A stretch of 52,558 bases of DNA, taken from Candidatus Dojkabacteria bacterium (GTDB taxonomy: Bacteria; Patescibacteriota; Dojkabacteria; SC72). The position numbers and the translations under genes are program-made. The stretch spans positions 1-52,558 of the forward strand of contig JAVEZR010000004.1 of the NCBI GenBank assembly GCA_034002865.1, written 5' to 3'. The notes below the pieces were generated by a model. It was not told the DNA's origin and did no database searches. It worked only from the letters and a program-made list of their open reading frames with translations. Shown here in pieces: positions 23,861 to 34,081 of this stretch. Numbering within the stretch: the stretch's first letter is position 1; each line of letters opens with the position of its first letter.

Positions 23861-25396
23861 ATGAACATTAAACAAAAAGTATTACTAATAATATTGGACG
23901 GAGTAGGATCAGCACCTGATTCACCAGGAAATGCCGTAGTAAAGGCCAATCCACGTAACCTTTCAACCCTTTGGAGTACATCCCCACATACATATTTACT
24001 TGCATCCGGAGAGGCTGTAGGACTTCCTAAAGATGTAAAAGGTAACAGTGAGGTAGGACATACTAACATTGGAGCAGGTAGAGTAATATTTCAGACCTTA
24101 CCTAGAATAGATCAATCAATATCAAAGGGTCTGTATTTTAAGAATTCAATACTACAAGAATCTCTTAAGTATGCATCTAAACAGAAATCAAGAATACACC
24201 TTCTAATATTACTAAGTGATGGAAGTGTACACTCACATATTAATCACCTAAAAGCCACTATTAAATACTTTGCAGAGAGTAATTTTAACGGAGAACTTTT
24301 TGTACATGCATTCACTGACGGAAGAGACTCCCCACCCAATTCATCAAGAAAATATCTAGACGATTTACAAAAAACATTAAATCAGTACTCCATTGGTAAG
24401 ATAGCGACAGTATGCGGAAGGGCATGGGCAATGGATAGGAATGGTAATTGGGGTAGAACAAAGAAGGCGTATGATTTAATTACACAAAATATTGGGAATA
24501 AATGTGGTACATATCAGGAGTGTATAGAGAAATCATATGCAAGGAATATCACAGATGAGTTTGTAGAGCCTACCGTATTAGCTCAAGGTAGTGAAATTAG
24601 AAGTAAAGATGTAGTCATATTCCTTAACTTTAGACCAGATAGGGCACTACAGCTTACAAGAGCTCTTGTTGATAGTAACTTTACAGAATTCCAAAGAGCA
24701 AACATATACCCAATCTTTTTTGCAAGTATGGTGGAGTACAGGAAGAGCTTTCCACCTAAGGTACTCTTCCCAAAGCAATATATAGCTCTCCCTATTGGAA
24801 ATATAATAGCTTCACAAGGGTTAAGACAGTTACGAATATCTGAGTCAGAGAAGTTCCCTCATGTTACGTACTTCTTTAATGGTGGAGCCTCTATCAGATA
24901 TACCAATGAAGATCGTATAGAAATACCCTCCCCCTCTGTAGCAACATATGACTTAAAGCCTGAAATGAGTGCACTACAGATGACAAATGTTTTGCTTAGT
25001 AAGATTGAGTCTGATCTCTATGACTTCATAGTTGTAAATTTTGCTAATCCTGATATGGTAGGACACTCAGGAAATCTGGAAGCCACGGTAAAGGCTGTCT
25101 CTGTTGTAGATTACTGTGTAGGGGAATTAGTTAAAAATTTTACAGTAAGAGGAGGAGCAGTAGTAATTACAGCAGATCATGGAAATGCAGAAGAGGTAAT
25201 AAATCTTGATACTGGAGAGATGGATACAGAGCACTCTCTTAATCCAGTACCACTCATACTCTCTGGAATAAATATGGCACCGAGAAATCTTCAATATGGA
25301 GCTTTAAAGGATATCACACCTACAATACTTGATATAATGGGGTTACCAATACCTTCGGATATGACAGGGGTCTCTTTACTTAAGAGCTTACGTTAG
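23861..25396 (+). CDS. gpmI: 2,3-bisphosphoglycerate-independent phosphoglycerate mutase
   Basis: 511 aa. LLIILDGVGSAP...GNSEVGHTNIGAGR, FTDGRDSPP and ADHGNAE motifs. TATAAT at 23844-23849 lies 11 nt before the ATG. Confidence 0.93.
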   Translation: MNIKQKVLLIILDGVGSAPDSPGNAVVKANPRNLSTLWSTSPHTYLLASGEAVGLPKDVKGNSEVGHTNIGAGRVIFQTLPRIDQSISKGLYFKNSILQESLKYASKQKSRIHLLILLSDGSVHSHINHLKATIKYFAESNFNGELFVHAFTDGRDSPPNSSRKYLDDLQKTLNQYSIGKIATVCGRAWAMDRNGNWGRTKKAYDLITQNIGNKCGTYQECIEKSYARNITDEFVEPTVLAQGSEIRSKDVVIFLNFRPDRALQLTRALVDSNFTEFQRANIYPIFFASMVEYRKSFPPKVLFPKQYIALPIGNIIASQGLRQLRISESEKFPHVTYFFNGGASIRYTNEDRIEIPSPSVATYDLKPEMSALQMTNVLLSKIESDLYDFIVVNFANPDMVGHSGNLEATVKAVSVVDYCVGELVKNFTVRGGAVVITADHGNAEEVINLDTGEMDTEHSLNPVPLILSGINMAPRNLQYGALKDITPTILDIMGLPIPSDMTGVSLLKSLR

Positions 25397-26012
25397 TAGA
25401 CTTCCTCTTCCTTAAATACCCTCTTAAAAAGTAAAGTACGACAAGAAGGACTCCTACTACTAATATCCCCTTCTCATATTTCCCTATCCATGCACCAACA
25501 CTCTCCCAGCTATCTGCAAGTAGATATCCAGCATACGCTAAAAGAGTATTCCAAAAGAAAGCCCCAATTAAGGTATATATAGAGAAAACTACAAACTTCA
25601 TTTTAGCTACACCTGCAGGAAATGAAATAAGGGTTCTTACAATGGGAATTAATCTCCCTCCAAGTACAATCTTGTTACCATGTTTTTCAAACAATCCAAA
25701 AGCCCAATCTACATCCCCCCTATCAATAAATAGATACTTTCCATACTTATCCAGAAATGTAAAAACATACTTCTCACCCCATCTACCAATAAAGTAGAAA
25801 GGTAATGTTCCAAGATATGCAGCTAAGGTAGCCACCACTATTACCCAATATATATTTAAAGCTCCAGTAGATGCTACAAAGCCAGAGAATGGAAGTATAA
25901 TTTCACTAGGTATGGGTGCAAAGAAGCTCTCAATAAATACAGAGAGTGCTACACCAGGATATCCAAGTGTAGTAATAATTGATACTAACCAATCAATAAA
26001 GGTCTGAATCAT
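25380..26012 (-). CDS. DedA-family membrane protein
   Basis: 210 aa. GYPGVALSVFIESFFAPIPSEIILPFSGFVA together with the RLIPIVRTLISFPAGVAKM motif. Confidence 0.85.
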   Translation of the reverse strand: MIQTFIDWLVSIITTLGYPGVALSVFIESFFAPIPSEIILPFSGFVASTGALNIYWVIVVATLAAYLGTLPFYFIGRWGEKYVFTFLDKYGKYLFIDRGDVDWAFGLFEKHGNKIVLGGRLIPIVRTLISFPAGVAKMKFVVFSIYTLIGAFFWNTLLAYAGYLLADSWESVGAWIGKYEKGILVVGVLLVVLYFLRGYLRKRKSTNVSS

Positions 26013-26033
26013 ACAAGATATCTAATATATTAA

Positions 26034-26573
26034 CTAATCCATAGATGATATATTAAATATCACGCTATTTCCAACCCTTACTCTGTTACTTTCACTAAAC
26101 CCCTCATTAACCTCTAATACATATTTAAATGGTTCATTAGAGTAAACTGTTGGACAGTAATTAACCTCACACGGTTTTAAATTCTCCTTAATATCAACAA
26201 TAAAACCCTTAGAATCTATATATATAATATCTAAACCAATATACATATCCTTCATCCAGAAACCAGAGATAGCCTCACTGTCCATAATAAAAAGCATACC
26301 TTCATAATCACCAAGATTTCTTCTACCAGAAAGCCCAGTCATTCTCAGTAGCTCTGTATCCGCAACCTCAACTGTTACTAAAATAGTTTTACCATCCTCA
26401 TTGTACAGCTCTACACTCTCCCTCTCGCCTTCTGTTTTCTCCTCTCCTACATCTTCCTCATTACCTCCACTATCTCTAAAATCAATATCAAAGATATTAA
26501 ATCTGTCCTGTACAAACAGAAATATCACTGCTACGAAGAGAATATACAGAAGTAATTTAATAGATCCATTCAT
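26034..26573 (-). CDS. DUF192-domain protein with N-terminal anchor
   Basis: 179 aa. GLSGRRNLGDYEGMLFI...FWMKDMYIGLDIIYIDSKGFIVDI...YVLEVNEGF matches the DUF192 pattern. Confidence 0.75.
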   Translation of the reverse strand: MNGSIKLLLYILFVAVIFLFVQDRFNIFDIDFRDSGGNEEDVGEEKTEGERESVELYNEDGKTILVTVEVADTELLRMTGLSGRRNLGDYEGMLFIMDSEAISGFWMKDMYIGLDIIYIDSKGFIVDIKENLKPCEVNYCPTVYSNEPFKYVLEVNEGFSESNRVRVGNSVIFNISSMD

Positions 26574-26672
26574 ATTTAATGATACAGAGAGAAAGGAAAT
26601 AATAAAAGTATGTAGACAATAAATATTAGATAATGTAAAATGCCGATGCCATAAATTTGCATCTCGAAATCA

Positions 26673-28880
26673 ATGCAAACATTTGAAAAAGAACTAAACC
26701 CAATATATACACGGGTAGATGAAATTAATGATTTCAGAAATGTATCCCCAGAAACAAACAGTGAGAAAGAGGAGTATCCTCACCTTATCAAAGTTACCGA
26801 TATCAATGCACAAACCTCTAAGAAGATGATTAAAAGATTAGAGGAATTAGAAATAGAGCTTGAAGAGCAGGTTAAAGTCATTGCAATGGAAACAGACCTA
26901 GATGCAAGAGCAGATGCTGCAGGAGTATATAACAAAATATTAAGAAGTATAGAGGAATGTATAGAGAGGATAAATAGGGAGTTAATAAAGTTAGATACAC
27001 CATACTTTGGTAAGATAGTTTTCCAAACACAACTAAGAGGTAATGAGAGAGATCTACCAATATATATTGGCAAGTTCGCATTAATGGATAGAGATACATA
27101 CAAGCCATTAATAAGTGACTGGAGAGCACCGATAGCAAACCTTTACTATGAAAATAGTGGCCCTGCAAACGACCTACAGTATGATAGCCCTACAGGTATT
27201 AGAGAGGGAAATTTAATCCAAAAAAGACAGTTTAATATCTCAGAGGCTAGAATAAAGCATATATATGATGCAAAGAGTGGTAATATCGCTGCTGATGAAT
27301 TCTTACTTGCTCAATTAAATGAAAGATTAGGTCAAAAGTTACAAGATATTGTATCTACAATCCAAGCACAACAAAATCAAATTATCAGAGAAGAAATTAA
27401 CAAGCCCGTAGTTATTCAAGGCGTAGCAGGTAGTGGTAAAACAACAATCTTACTACATAGGTTAGCCTACCTTTTCTACGCTTACAAAGATCATATTAGA
27501 TCGAACAAGAGTTTAATCATTGGTCCAAACAAAATGTTTCTTGATTACATTACAGATGTACTACCAAGCTTAGGTATAGAAAATGTACTGGCTAATACAT
27601 ATATGTTCTGGGCTAAAAGTGTATTAGGTTGGGATAACACATACATACTCCATCCCTCACAGGAAGATTTAAAGATCAAAGAGTATAAGGGCTCTCTCCA
27701 CTTCATAGAGCTTCTAGATTCTTACTTTGAGGATTTTGAATCAGAGCTTTTAGAAAATATTCCCTACTCTAGAAAAGATATTGTAAGAAGAAGGTACTAT
27801 GAATTAAAAGATACATATCCATATATAACAATGGATGAGAGATTAAATCTCTCATTAGAGTATGCCTTTGCTCAAAAACAGTTTAAGGAGAAAAGAACAG
27901 GATTTTTAACAGATACCCATCAAACAGATATGTTAAAGAAAAAAGAAATATTAAAGTACTTTGAGAAAGCAACCCTCCCTATTGAGGTGTATAGAAATAT
28001 GTTTAAGAAAGGATATAGCACTAAAGAAATCTCTAAATATACATTAGAAGCTGTATCAAGAAGTGGTAAACAGAAAACATATAGAATGGAAGACCTAGCA
28101 CCGATTGTATACCTCTCTTTAAAGATACACGGTTACAAGGAGCATGAGAAAGAGTATGTGATGATAGATGAGGCCCAAGATTTAAGCTTAGTTCAAATAC
28201 TTACTCTCTTACAAATCTCTAAGAATCAAAATGTCACTGTCGCAGGTGACCTTGCCCAATCCATTATCCCTCCCTTTTACATTAAAGATTGGGAAGATGT
28301 AATATCTCTATTTAAGAAATTTAGTATAGAGAAATACTCATATCATCAACTTAATAGGTGTTACAGAACTACCCTTGAAATAATAGAGTATGCAAACAGT
28401 ATCTTTAGAGAAAGATTCCCTAAAAGCTATAAACTACCAGAGGCTGTACTAAGACATGGTGAGGATATTAGGATAATAGAGCATAAGAAAGATATTAAAG
28501 ATTTAGATAAAGAATCCTTAGATACCCTTATAGAAATAATAAAGAAAGATTTTGATAAAGGCTCTGTAACCTGTGCATTAATATGTAGAGATAAGGAACA
28601 TACGAAACAAACGTATGAGAAGATAGTTGAATATGAATCATATCTTGAGAAAGATATTGTAGATTATACCCTTAATGATTATAAAACAGGATTACTACTA
28701 CTCCCCATAGAAGACGCAAAAGGTTTAGAGTTTGATACTGTAATATTACTAGATGTAAATGATATCAACTATCCAGATACAGAGCTCTCTACAAGATTAC
28801 TCTACGTTGCAATTACAAGAGCTTTGCATAGGTTAATAATAGTAGAGAATAGTAATAGATCTCCACTATTAAACATATGA
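26673..28880 (+). CDS. helD: UvrD-superfamily helicase, HelD-like (RNA polymerase-associated helicase IV type)
   Basis: 735 aa. N-terminal coiled-coil arm, PYFGKIVF...IYIGKFALMD...LISDWRAPIANLYYE (HelD-type N-domain), Walker A GVAGSGKTT, and a C-terminal UvrD_C-like GLEFDTVILL...LLYVAITRALHRL. Confidence 0.8.
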   Translation: MQTFEKELNPIYTRVDEINDFRNVSPETNSEKEEYPHLIKVTDINAQTSKKMIKRLEELEIELEEQVKVIAMETDLDARADAAGVYNKILRSIEECIERINRELIKLDTPYFGKIVFQTQLRGNERDLPIYIGKFALMDRDTYKPLISDWRAPIANLYYENSGPANDLQYDSPTGIREGNLIQKRQFNISEARIKHIYDAKSGNIAADEFLLAQLNERLGQKLQDIVSTIQAQQNQIIREEINKPVVIQGVAGSGKTTILLHRLAYLFYAYKDHIRSNKSLIIGPNKMFLDYITDVLPSLGIENVLANTYMFWAKSVLGWDNTYILHPSQEDLKIKEYKGSLHFIELLDSYFEDFESELLENIPYSRKDIVRRRYYELKDTYPYITMDERLNLSLEYAFAQKQFKEKRTGFLTDTHQTDMLKKKEILKYFEKATLPIEVYRNMFKKGYSTKEISKYTLEAVSRSGKQKTYRMEDLAPIVYLSLKIHGYKEHEKEYVMIDEAQDLSLVQILTLLQISKNQNVTVAGDLAQSIIPPFYIKDWEDVISLFKKFSIEKYSYHQLNRCYRTTLEIIEYANSIFRERFPKSYKLPEAVLRHGEDIRIIEHKKDIKDLDKESLDTLIEIIKKDFDKGSVTCALICRDKEHTKQTYEKIVEYESYLEKDIVDYTLNDYKTGLLLLPIEDAKGLEFDTVILLDVNDINYPDTELSTRLLYVAITRALHRLIIVENSNRSPLLNI

Positions 28881-30136
28881 ACATATATGGTGTATTAATA
28901 GGTATAGCTGTAATAATTGGTATAGAGCTTTTTAGGAGAAAAAACACCTCATTAAAAGAATTAGATATTCTTTTTGTTTTACTAAGTACACTCATTGGAG
29001 CACGCCTTCTATTTCTTCTTCACAGTATAGAGGAGATATCAGAGGGTATAGTAAACCCTTTTAAGATATGGGATGGAGGTTTAGCAATATACGGTGCATT
29101 AATAGGAATAATCATCTCTCTTTACATACTCTCTAAAAAGAAAAAGCTTTCATTCTTTAATCTTTCAGACTCCCTCTTTCTGTTTCTTCCAGTACTTCAA
29201 GCAATTGGAAGAGTAGGCAATTTCTTTAATCATGAACTTTACGGTAAACCAAGTAATCTACCATGGTCAATATATATACCCTTAGAGAGTAGATTACATG
29301 GATATGAAAGCTATTCCCATTTCCATCCAGCATTTCTCTACGAATCTATACTAAACATACTACTCTTTACCACCCTACTCTTTATTAACAGAAAAAATCC
29401 TAAAAAGGGATATATAACAGGGGTATATTTAATTGGTTACTCAATCATTAGACTGCTTCTTAATACAGTAAGAATAGATAAGGAGTATATATATATGATT
29501 GAGACTTCTAATCTCCTTTCTGTTATATTCATATGTATAGGAGTATCAATATTAATGTCACAATCAAAATTTAAAAAACAAATTGCTACCTTTTTCTCTA
29601 GAACAGTAACCCTCTCTTTAATACTAATTTCGTTTCTCTCAATACTTTTCACTATCCAAATCCCAACTATATATCTCTTACTCTTCTCCTTTTTAACTTT
29701 CATAATTCCAATATCCGCTATCTTACTGTTTAAAAGATTAGGTATTACATCTGATTACAATGTAACTAAAAGAGAGGAAAGGCCTAAGCTCTTTCTAATC
29801 TTTTCAATATCATTTCTACTCTCTTTACTGCTAAGTATTAAATTAGGTAATATGCAGTTAATAACAATATTTTCTGTACTCAATCTTACCTTCTTTCTAG
29901 GATTTCTAATTACTCTGTTCTGGAAGATTAGCTTCCATATGATATGGAGCACATTAGCAATCTTTATCATCTACTACCTTACAAACAACCCATACCTTTT
30001 ACTCCTAGGAGTACTAATCCCATTTATAGGGTGGTCTAGAATTGAACTGACCAAACACAACTTAAAACAGGTACTGTCTGGTTTACTTCTCTGTTTACTG
30101 TGTGTACTGTTTGTTTCAACATTGCTTAAATTCTGA
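28877..30136 (+). CDS. lgt: Prolipoprotein diacylglyceryl transferase (Lgt) fused to a C-terminal PAP2-like membrane module
   Basis: 419 aa. Residues 1 to about 230 are canonical Lgt (IWDGGLAIYGALIG, AIGRVGNFFNHELYGKPSNLPWSI, HPAFLYES). The extra roughly 185 aa carry 5 or so TM helices and KREERP / KISFH / SRIELTKHNLKQ motifs. The start overlaps the helD stop (ATGA). Confidence 0.85.
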   Translation: MNIYGVLIGIAVIIGIELFRRKNTSLKELDILFVLLSTLIGARLLFLLHSIEEISEGIVNPFKIWDGGLAIYGALIGIIISLYILSKKKKLSFFNLSDSLFLFLPVLQAIGRVGNFFNHELYGKPSNLPWSIYIPLESRLHGYESYSHFHPAFLYESILNILLFTTLLFINRKNPKKGYITGVYLIGYSIIRLLLNTVRIDKEYIYMIETSNLLSVIFICIGVSILMSQSKFKKQIATFFSRTVTLSLILISFLSILFTIQIPTIYLLLFSFLTFIIPISAILLFKRLGITSDYNVTKREERPKLFLIFSISFLLSLLLSIKLGNMQLITIFSVLNLTFFLGFLITLFWKISFHMIWSTLAIFIIYYLTNNPYLLLLGVLIPFIGWSRIELTKHNLKQVLSGLLLCLLCVLFVSTLLKF

Positions 30137-30162
30137 TAGAATTCATGTATTAATCTCAATAT

Positions 30163-31596
30163 TTGTTACTTGTGGAAAATTTAAGTATTGTAAAAATTAG
30201 AGAGAAGTTACTAAAGAAAGAGCTCTCAGCCCAAGAGCTAGTACAGTATTACCTTAAAAATATCAAAGAGAAAGACTCAAAACTTAATTCATATATCACG
30301 GTATGTGAACAGGAAGCACTCTTAAATGCTAAGCAGTTTGATAGCGAATTTGAAAGTATGAAAGAGAGAAAGCTAGGAGGTATACCTCTTGGTATTAAGG
30401 ATATATTCTCAACAGAAGGCATACTTACATCTGCTGCCTCTCATATATTAAACGGCTACAAACCTGTATATGAATCTACTGTTACAAGTAAACTACTAAA
30501 AGAGGGAGCTATAATATTAGGGAAGACAAACTTAGATCAGTTCTGTCATGGATCATCTACAACAACATCATACTACGGTACTACACGTAATCCACATGAC
30601 TTAGATAGGCTACCAGGGGGCTCTAGTGGTGGCTCTAGTAGTGCAGTGGCTGCAGATCTATGTGCAGGTGCCATCGGTACAGAAACTGCAGGATCAATTA
30701 GATTACCTGCATCATGGTGTGGAGTTGTAGGACTGAAACCAACATATGGAAGAGTATCAAGATATGGAGTCATTGCAATGGGCTCTTCACTAGATAGCCC
30801 TGGACCAATAGTTAAGTCTGTAGAAGATAGCGCTTTACTACTCTCTGTAATCGCAGGATATGACCCTAAAGATTTCACTACATACAGGGACACTACTACA
30901 GATTACTTAGCAAACTTAAATCCTTTAAATATTAAAGGTATGAAATTAGCCATACCTAAGGAGTATATGGAATTACAGCTTGAAGATGGAGTAAGAAGAA
31001 ACTTTGATAACAGTGTAGAGATATTAAAAAAACTAGGAGCAAAGATTGAGTATGTAAACATCCTAAATCCTAAATTCGGAATGGCAGTATATACAATTAC
31101 ATGTAGAAGTGAAGTGTCTTCCAACCTTTCAAGATTTGATGGTACAAGATTTGGATTAGAAGGGAGTGATAGCTCTACAGTTAAAACTTACTTTGAATCT
31201 ACAAGAGGGGAAGGATTAGGTGAAGAAACAAAAAGAAGGATAATGACAGGAACATACTCACTCTCTGCAGGATATGCAGATGAATACTTTAAGAGATCTG
31301 AACAGGTAAGACAGTTAATAAAGGAGGATTTGGATAAGGTATTAAAACAGTATGACTGTATAATATCCCCTACAACACCATCCATTGCACTAAAGGATAA
31401 GGATGCTGATAACCCACTCTTTGGCGAGATAGCGGATATATTAGCAGAGGGAAGCTCAGAGGCAGGATTACCTGCAATCTCAATTCCTAATGGAGTATCA
31501 GAGAGTATGCCTACAGGTATACAAATAATTGGGAAACATTTAGCAGAACAAACTATTCTAGATGCTGCAAAAGCTCTTGAAGAGAATCAATCTTAA
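30163..31596 (+). CDS. gatA: Glu/Asp-tRNA amidotransferase subunit A
   Basis: 477 aa. Amidase signature GIKDIFSTEG...GGSSGGSSSAVAADL...GTETAGSIRLPAS. Non-ATG start (TTG 30163 or GTG 30172). Confidence 0.94.
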   Translation: MLLVENLSIVKIREKLLKKELSAQELVQYYLKNIKEKDSKLNSYITVCEQEALLNAKQFDSEFESMKERKLGGIPLGIKDIFSTEGILTSAASHILNGYKPVYESTVTSKLLKEGAIILGKTNLDQFCHGSSTTTSYYGTTRNPHDLDRLPGGSSGGSSSAVAADLCAGAIGTETAGSIRLPASWCGVVGLKPTYGRVSRYGVIAMGSSLDSPGPIVKSVEDSALLLSVIAGYDPKDFTTYRDTTTDYLANLNPLNIKGMKLAIPKEYMELQLEDGVRRNFDNSVEILKKLGAKIEYVNILNPKFGMAVYTITCRSEVSSNLSRFDGTRFGLEGSDSSTVKTYFESTRGEGLGEETKRRIMTGTYSLSAGYADEYFKRSEQVRQLIKEDLDKVLKQYDCIISPTTPSIALKDKDADNPLFGEIADILAEGSSEAGLPAISIPNGVSESMPTGIQIIGKHLAEQTILDAAKALEENQS

Positions 31597-32480
31597 GGTT
31601 GCAATATGTCCTCTATTTGACCATCTATAGAGATAATTACACTGTTTACTGTAGGAAACTGTTTGAGAGTCTCCTCTATCTGTGCCCTAATACTGGTAAC
31701 CTTACAGCTACCACCAACTCCTTCATCCAACTTACTACTAAAATCTGCCCTAGCAACACCATTAGATATAGTTAAGCTCTGTATTACTACTCCATCATTA
31801 AGATTGGTATAGTACCCAGAGGAAGTTTCCTCTTTAGTTAAACCATTAAAAAGCTCCTCTAAAGATGCTTTACCTACAGCTAAAGTTTCTGGAATAGTTC
31901 TAATCACAGGGTATACCAATGAACAATCCTCTGTTGACCCCATACCCTCATTTGGAAAGAATACTTTAACCTCAATACTCTTGCTCTCTACTTCTAACAT
32001 AACAGGAAAATCTATATAATCATCATTCTCAACAAGACCAGAAGGATTACTCCTCTCAAATCTTAAAATAACCTTACTACTCTCATGTATATCAATATCT
32101 AACTTTAATTCAAAAGAAACATCTTCCTCAGTCATCCAATCCTCTGTAGCCTTTGCTAAAAGAGTATCTAATATCTCCATATCCTCATTAAGAACTCTTA
32201 CAGGAAACTCACCTTCAAAAAACCATCCTCCTTTTATACTCCCGCTTAGTGTACTACCTACCTGTACAGTATCATTTTCCTTAATATCATTAATATATAG
32301 CTTAACCCCCTTCTCACTCTTACTGTATAGTACTTGAGCCTTATCTTCACATATGCTTGTTAACTTTGTACATAGCTCATACTCACAGCATAGATCAGGG
32401 TCTTTAAGAAGATATGCAAAGAGAATAAGGAGGATAGATAGTAAAACTATACTAACAATTAATACTAAATTCTTTATCAT
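31593..32480 (-). CDS. Gmad2 Ig-like + GerMN domain lipoprotein-like protein
   Basis: 295 aa with an N-terminal anchor. GSIKGGWFFEGEFPVRVLNEDMEIL is Gmad2-like. VKVFFPNEG...CSLVYPVIRTIP...GKASLEELFNGLTKEE...TSIRAQIEETLKQFPTVNSVIISIDG is GerMN-like. Confidence 0.72.
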   Translation of the reverse strand: MIKNLVLIVSIVLLSILLILFAYLLKDPDLCCEYELCTKLTSICEDKAQVLYSKSEKGVKLYINDIKENDTVQVGSTLSGSIKGGWFFEGEFPVRVLNEDMEILDTLLAKATEDWMTEEDVSFELKLDIDIHESSKVILRFERSNPSGLVENDDYIDFPVMLEVESKSIEVKVFFPNEGMGSTEDCSLVYPVIRTIPETLAVGKASLEELFNGLTKEETSSGYYTNLNDGVVIQSLTISNGVARADFSSKLDEGVGGSCKVTSIRAQIEETLKQFPTVNSVIISIDGQIEDILQP

Positions 32481-32536
32481 TACACCTAAAGGGTAATATA
32501 ATAATTAAGTATACCTAAATATTTATAAACTTTCCA

Positions 32537-33064
32537 CTATTTAATATGCCCATATCTACCAGATATTGGATCTTTAAAAAGGAATATTTTTGGTGGAAAG
32601 AATGTAAAGAAACTGAATAAAAGAAAGAGAAGTATTAAAGAAAAGAAGCTGTAAAGTTCACCAAGATACGAAATATTAGAACTAATTAAATAGTACATTA
32701 ATAGATAACCAAGGATTACAGATAGTATAAAGATTAATATACTTACAAATAGTACCTCTCTTTTTAGAAAAAGTCTTACAGAGTAATATAGCAGTGGTAT
32801 TAAAATAAGGACAAGAAGGATACCGTATAAATTACTCTCTAATACATTCAAATACTCCCCTTTTAGAATGAAGTACTGTATAAAAGAGATAAATAGCATA
32901 GGTATGAAAGCAAGCTTAAGATGCTCCCACGTACTCTCATTTACTGCAGAGAAAAGATGTAACATTAAACTACCTGTACCCTTCCTATGTGTGAAGTGTA
33001 GTATTACACCAAACATATTTGCACAAAGCATACTTATTACTATTACCCAAAACAACATAGTCAT
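32537..33064 (-). CDS. Polytopic membrane protein (hypothetical; NESTWEHLKL motif)
   Basis: 175 aa with 5 or so TM helices. I have no firm family assignment. Confidence 0.55.
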   Translation of the reverse strand: MTMLFWVIVISMLCANMFGVILHFTHRKGTGSLMLHLFSAVNESTWEHLKLAFIPMLFISFIQYFILKGEYLNVLESNLYGILLVLILIPLLYYSVRLFLKREVLFVSILIFILSVILGYLLMYYLISSNISYLGELYSFFSLILLFLLFSFFTFFPPKIFLFKDPISGRYGHIK

Positions 33065-33160
33065 TATCTAACATGTTATATGAATCTATATTAACAGAAA
33101 ACATGTCTATAGATATACTGATTATGTTATACTTTTTCAATAAAATCTTTTTAGTAAAAA

Positions 33161-34081
33161 ATGTCAGAAAATTTTGAATTCTCCCAAGAGTCGAAAGAAA
33201 TCCGTACAGGAAATTTTGCTAAGGTCCAAATGTTAGACACAGAAGTTATTGTACAGCCTCGGAGCCCACTACCTGCATCAATTACTGATGTAAATGAAAA
33301 AATGAACAATCAAGAAATATTTAATCAGATGTTTTCTAACTTTGATGGAATTAAGATCTGCCCTATAAAAGAAAAAGACTCCACTCAAGGTAGGTATGTA
33401 GTGCAAAGAGCCGAAGGTATTAATCTTACAAATATTCAAAATGAACAAGAGGGAGATATTAAGAGTTTCCTAACCTTGTCTACTGATATAAAGACAAATG
33501 GAATATTAATATATCTTAGAATGCTCAAAGAACTAAACAGTAAAGGCTACTCTTTCCAAGATCATAAAGGAGATAGTATATTTATACAGAAAGTACCTGA
33601 AAATAAATCCTCTAGTACTCTCTCTATAATAGATGCAGGGTCACTAACTAAGAATAATAATTCAGAAGATAGTTGGAGTGCAGAGCTTAAGGGGGGATTA
33701 AAAGAAACATTGGAATCCTTCTTTACAAGAGGAAATAATATAAAAGAAATAGAGTCTTTAATTCCAACTGGTATAAGAACTATTCTTAATAGAATAGATA
33801 GCTATCCTAATGCCGATTCTCTTCTTTCAGATGTAAGGGCATATGTTAGGGGTGGAAAAAATATAAATACCTTTGACCATAATGAAAGAAAAAATAGTAT
33901 ATTGATAAGACTAAGATATTTGAAAGATTCTACATCATTAAATAACGCTATTGTAGGAAGAGATTTTAGTCAGCTCTCACAATATGAAATAGATAGATGG
34001 GAAATATTTATAAACAGTAACCTTACACTAGAAAATATCCCACTTATGAATGTTCTAGAAGGGAAATATCATAAGAAGTGA
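33161..34081 (+). CDS. Atypical protein-kinase-like fold protein (hypothetical)
   Basis: 306 aa. GNFAKVQM (P-loop/Lys-like), VVQRAEGINL (hinge-like), YSFQDHKGDSIFIQ (catalytic-loop-like, 33554-33589) and LSIIDAGS (DFG-like, 33626-33643). The stop TGA overlaps the 3' end of the convergent tRNA-Lys. Confidence 0.5.
   Translation: MSENFEFSQESKEIRTGNFAKVQMLDTEVIVQPRSPLPASITDVNEKMNNQEIFNQMFSNFDGIKICPIKEKDSTQGRYVVQRAEGINLTNIQNEQEGDIKSFLTLSTDIKTNGILIYLRMLKELNSKGYSFQDHKGDSIFIQKVPENKSSSTLSIIDAGSLTKNNNSEDSWSAELKGGLKETLESFFTRGNNIKEIESLIPTGIRTILNRIDSYPNADSLLSDVRAYVRGGKNINTFDHNERKNSILIRLRYLKDSTSLNNAIVGRDFSQLSQYEIDRWEIFINSNLTLENIPLMNVLEGKYHKK

Noticed and set aside
23761-24069. N-terminal 103-aa extension of the L19 ORF in the track (23335-24069)
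   Set aside because: The canonical L19 sequence begins at MDTKITK (ATG 23760). The extension overlaps the gpmI start on the other strand and the gpmI promoter region, and it has no homology logic.
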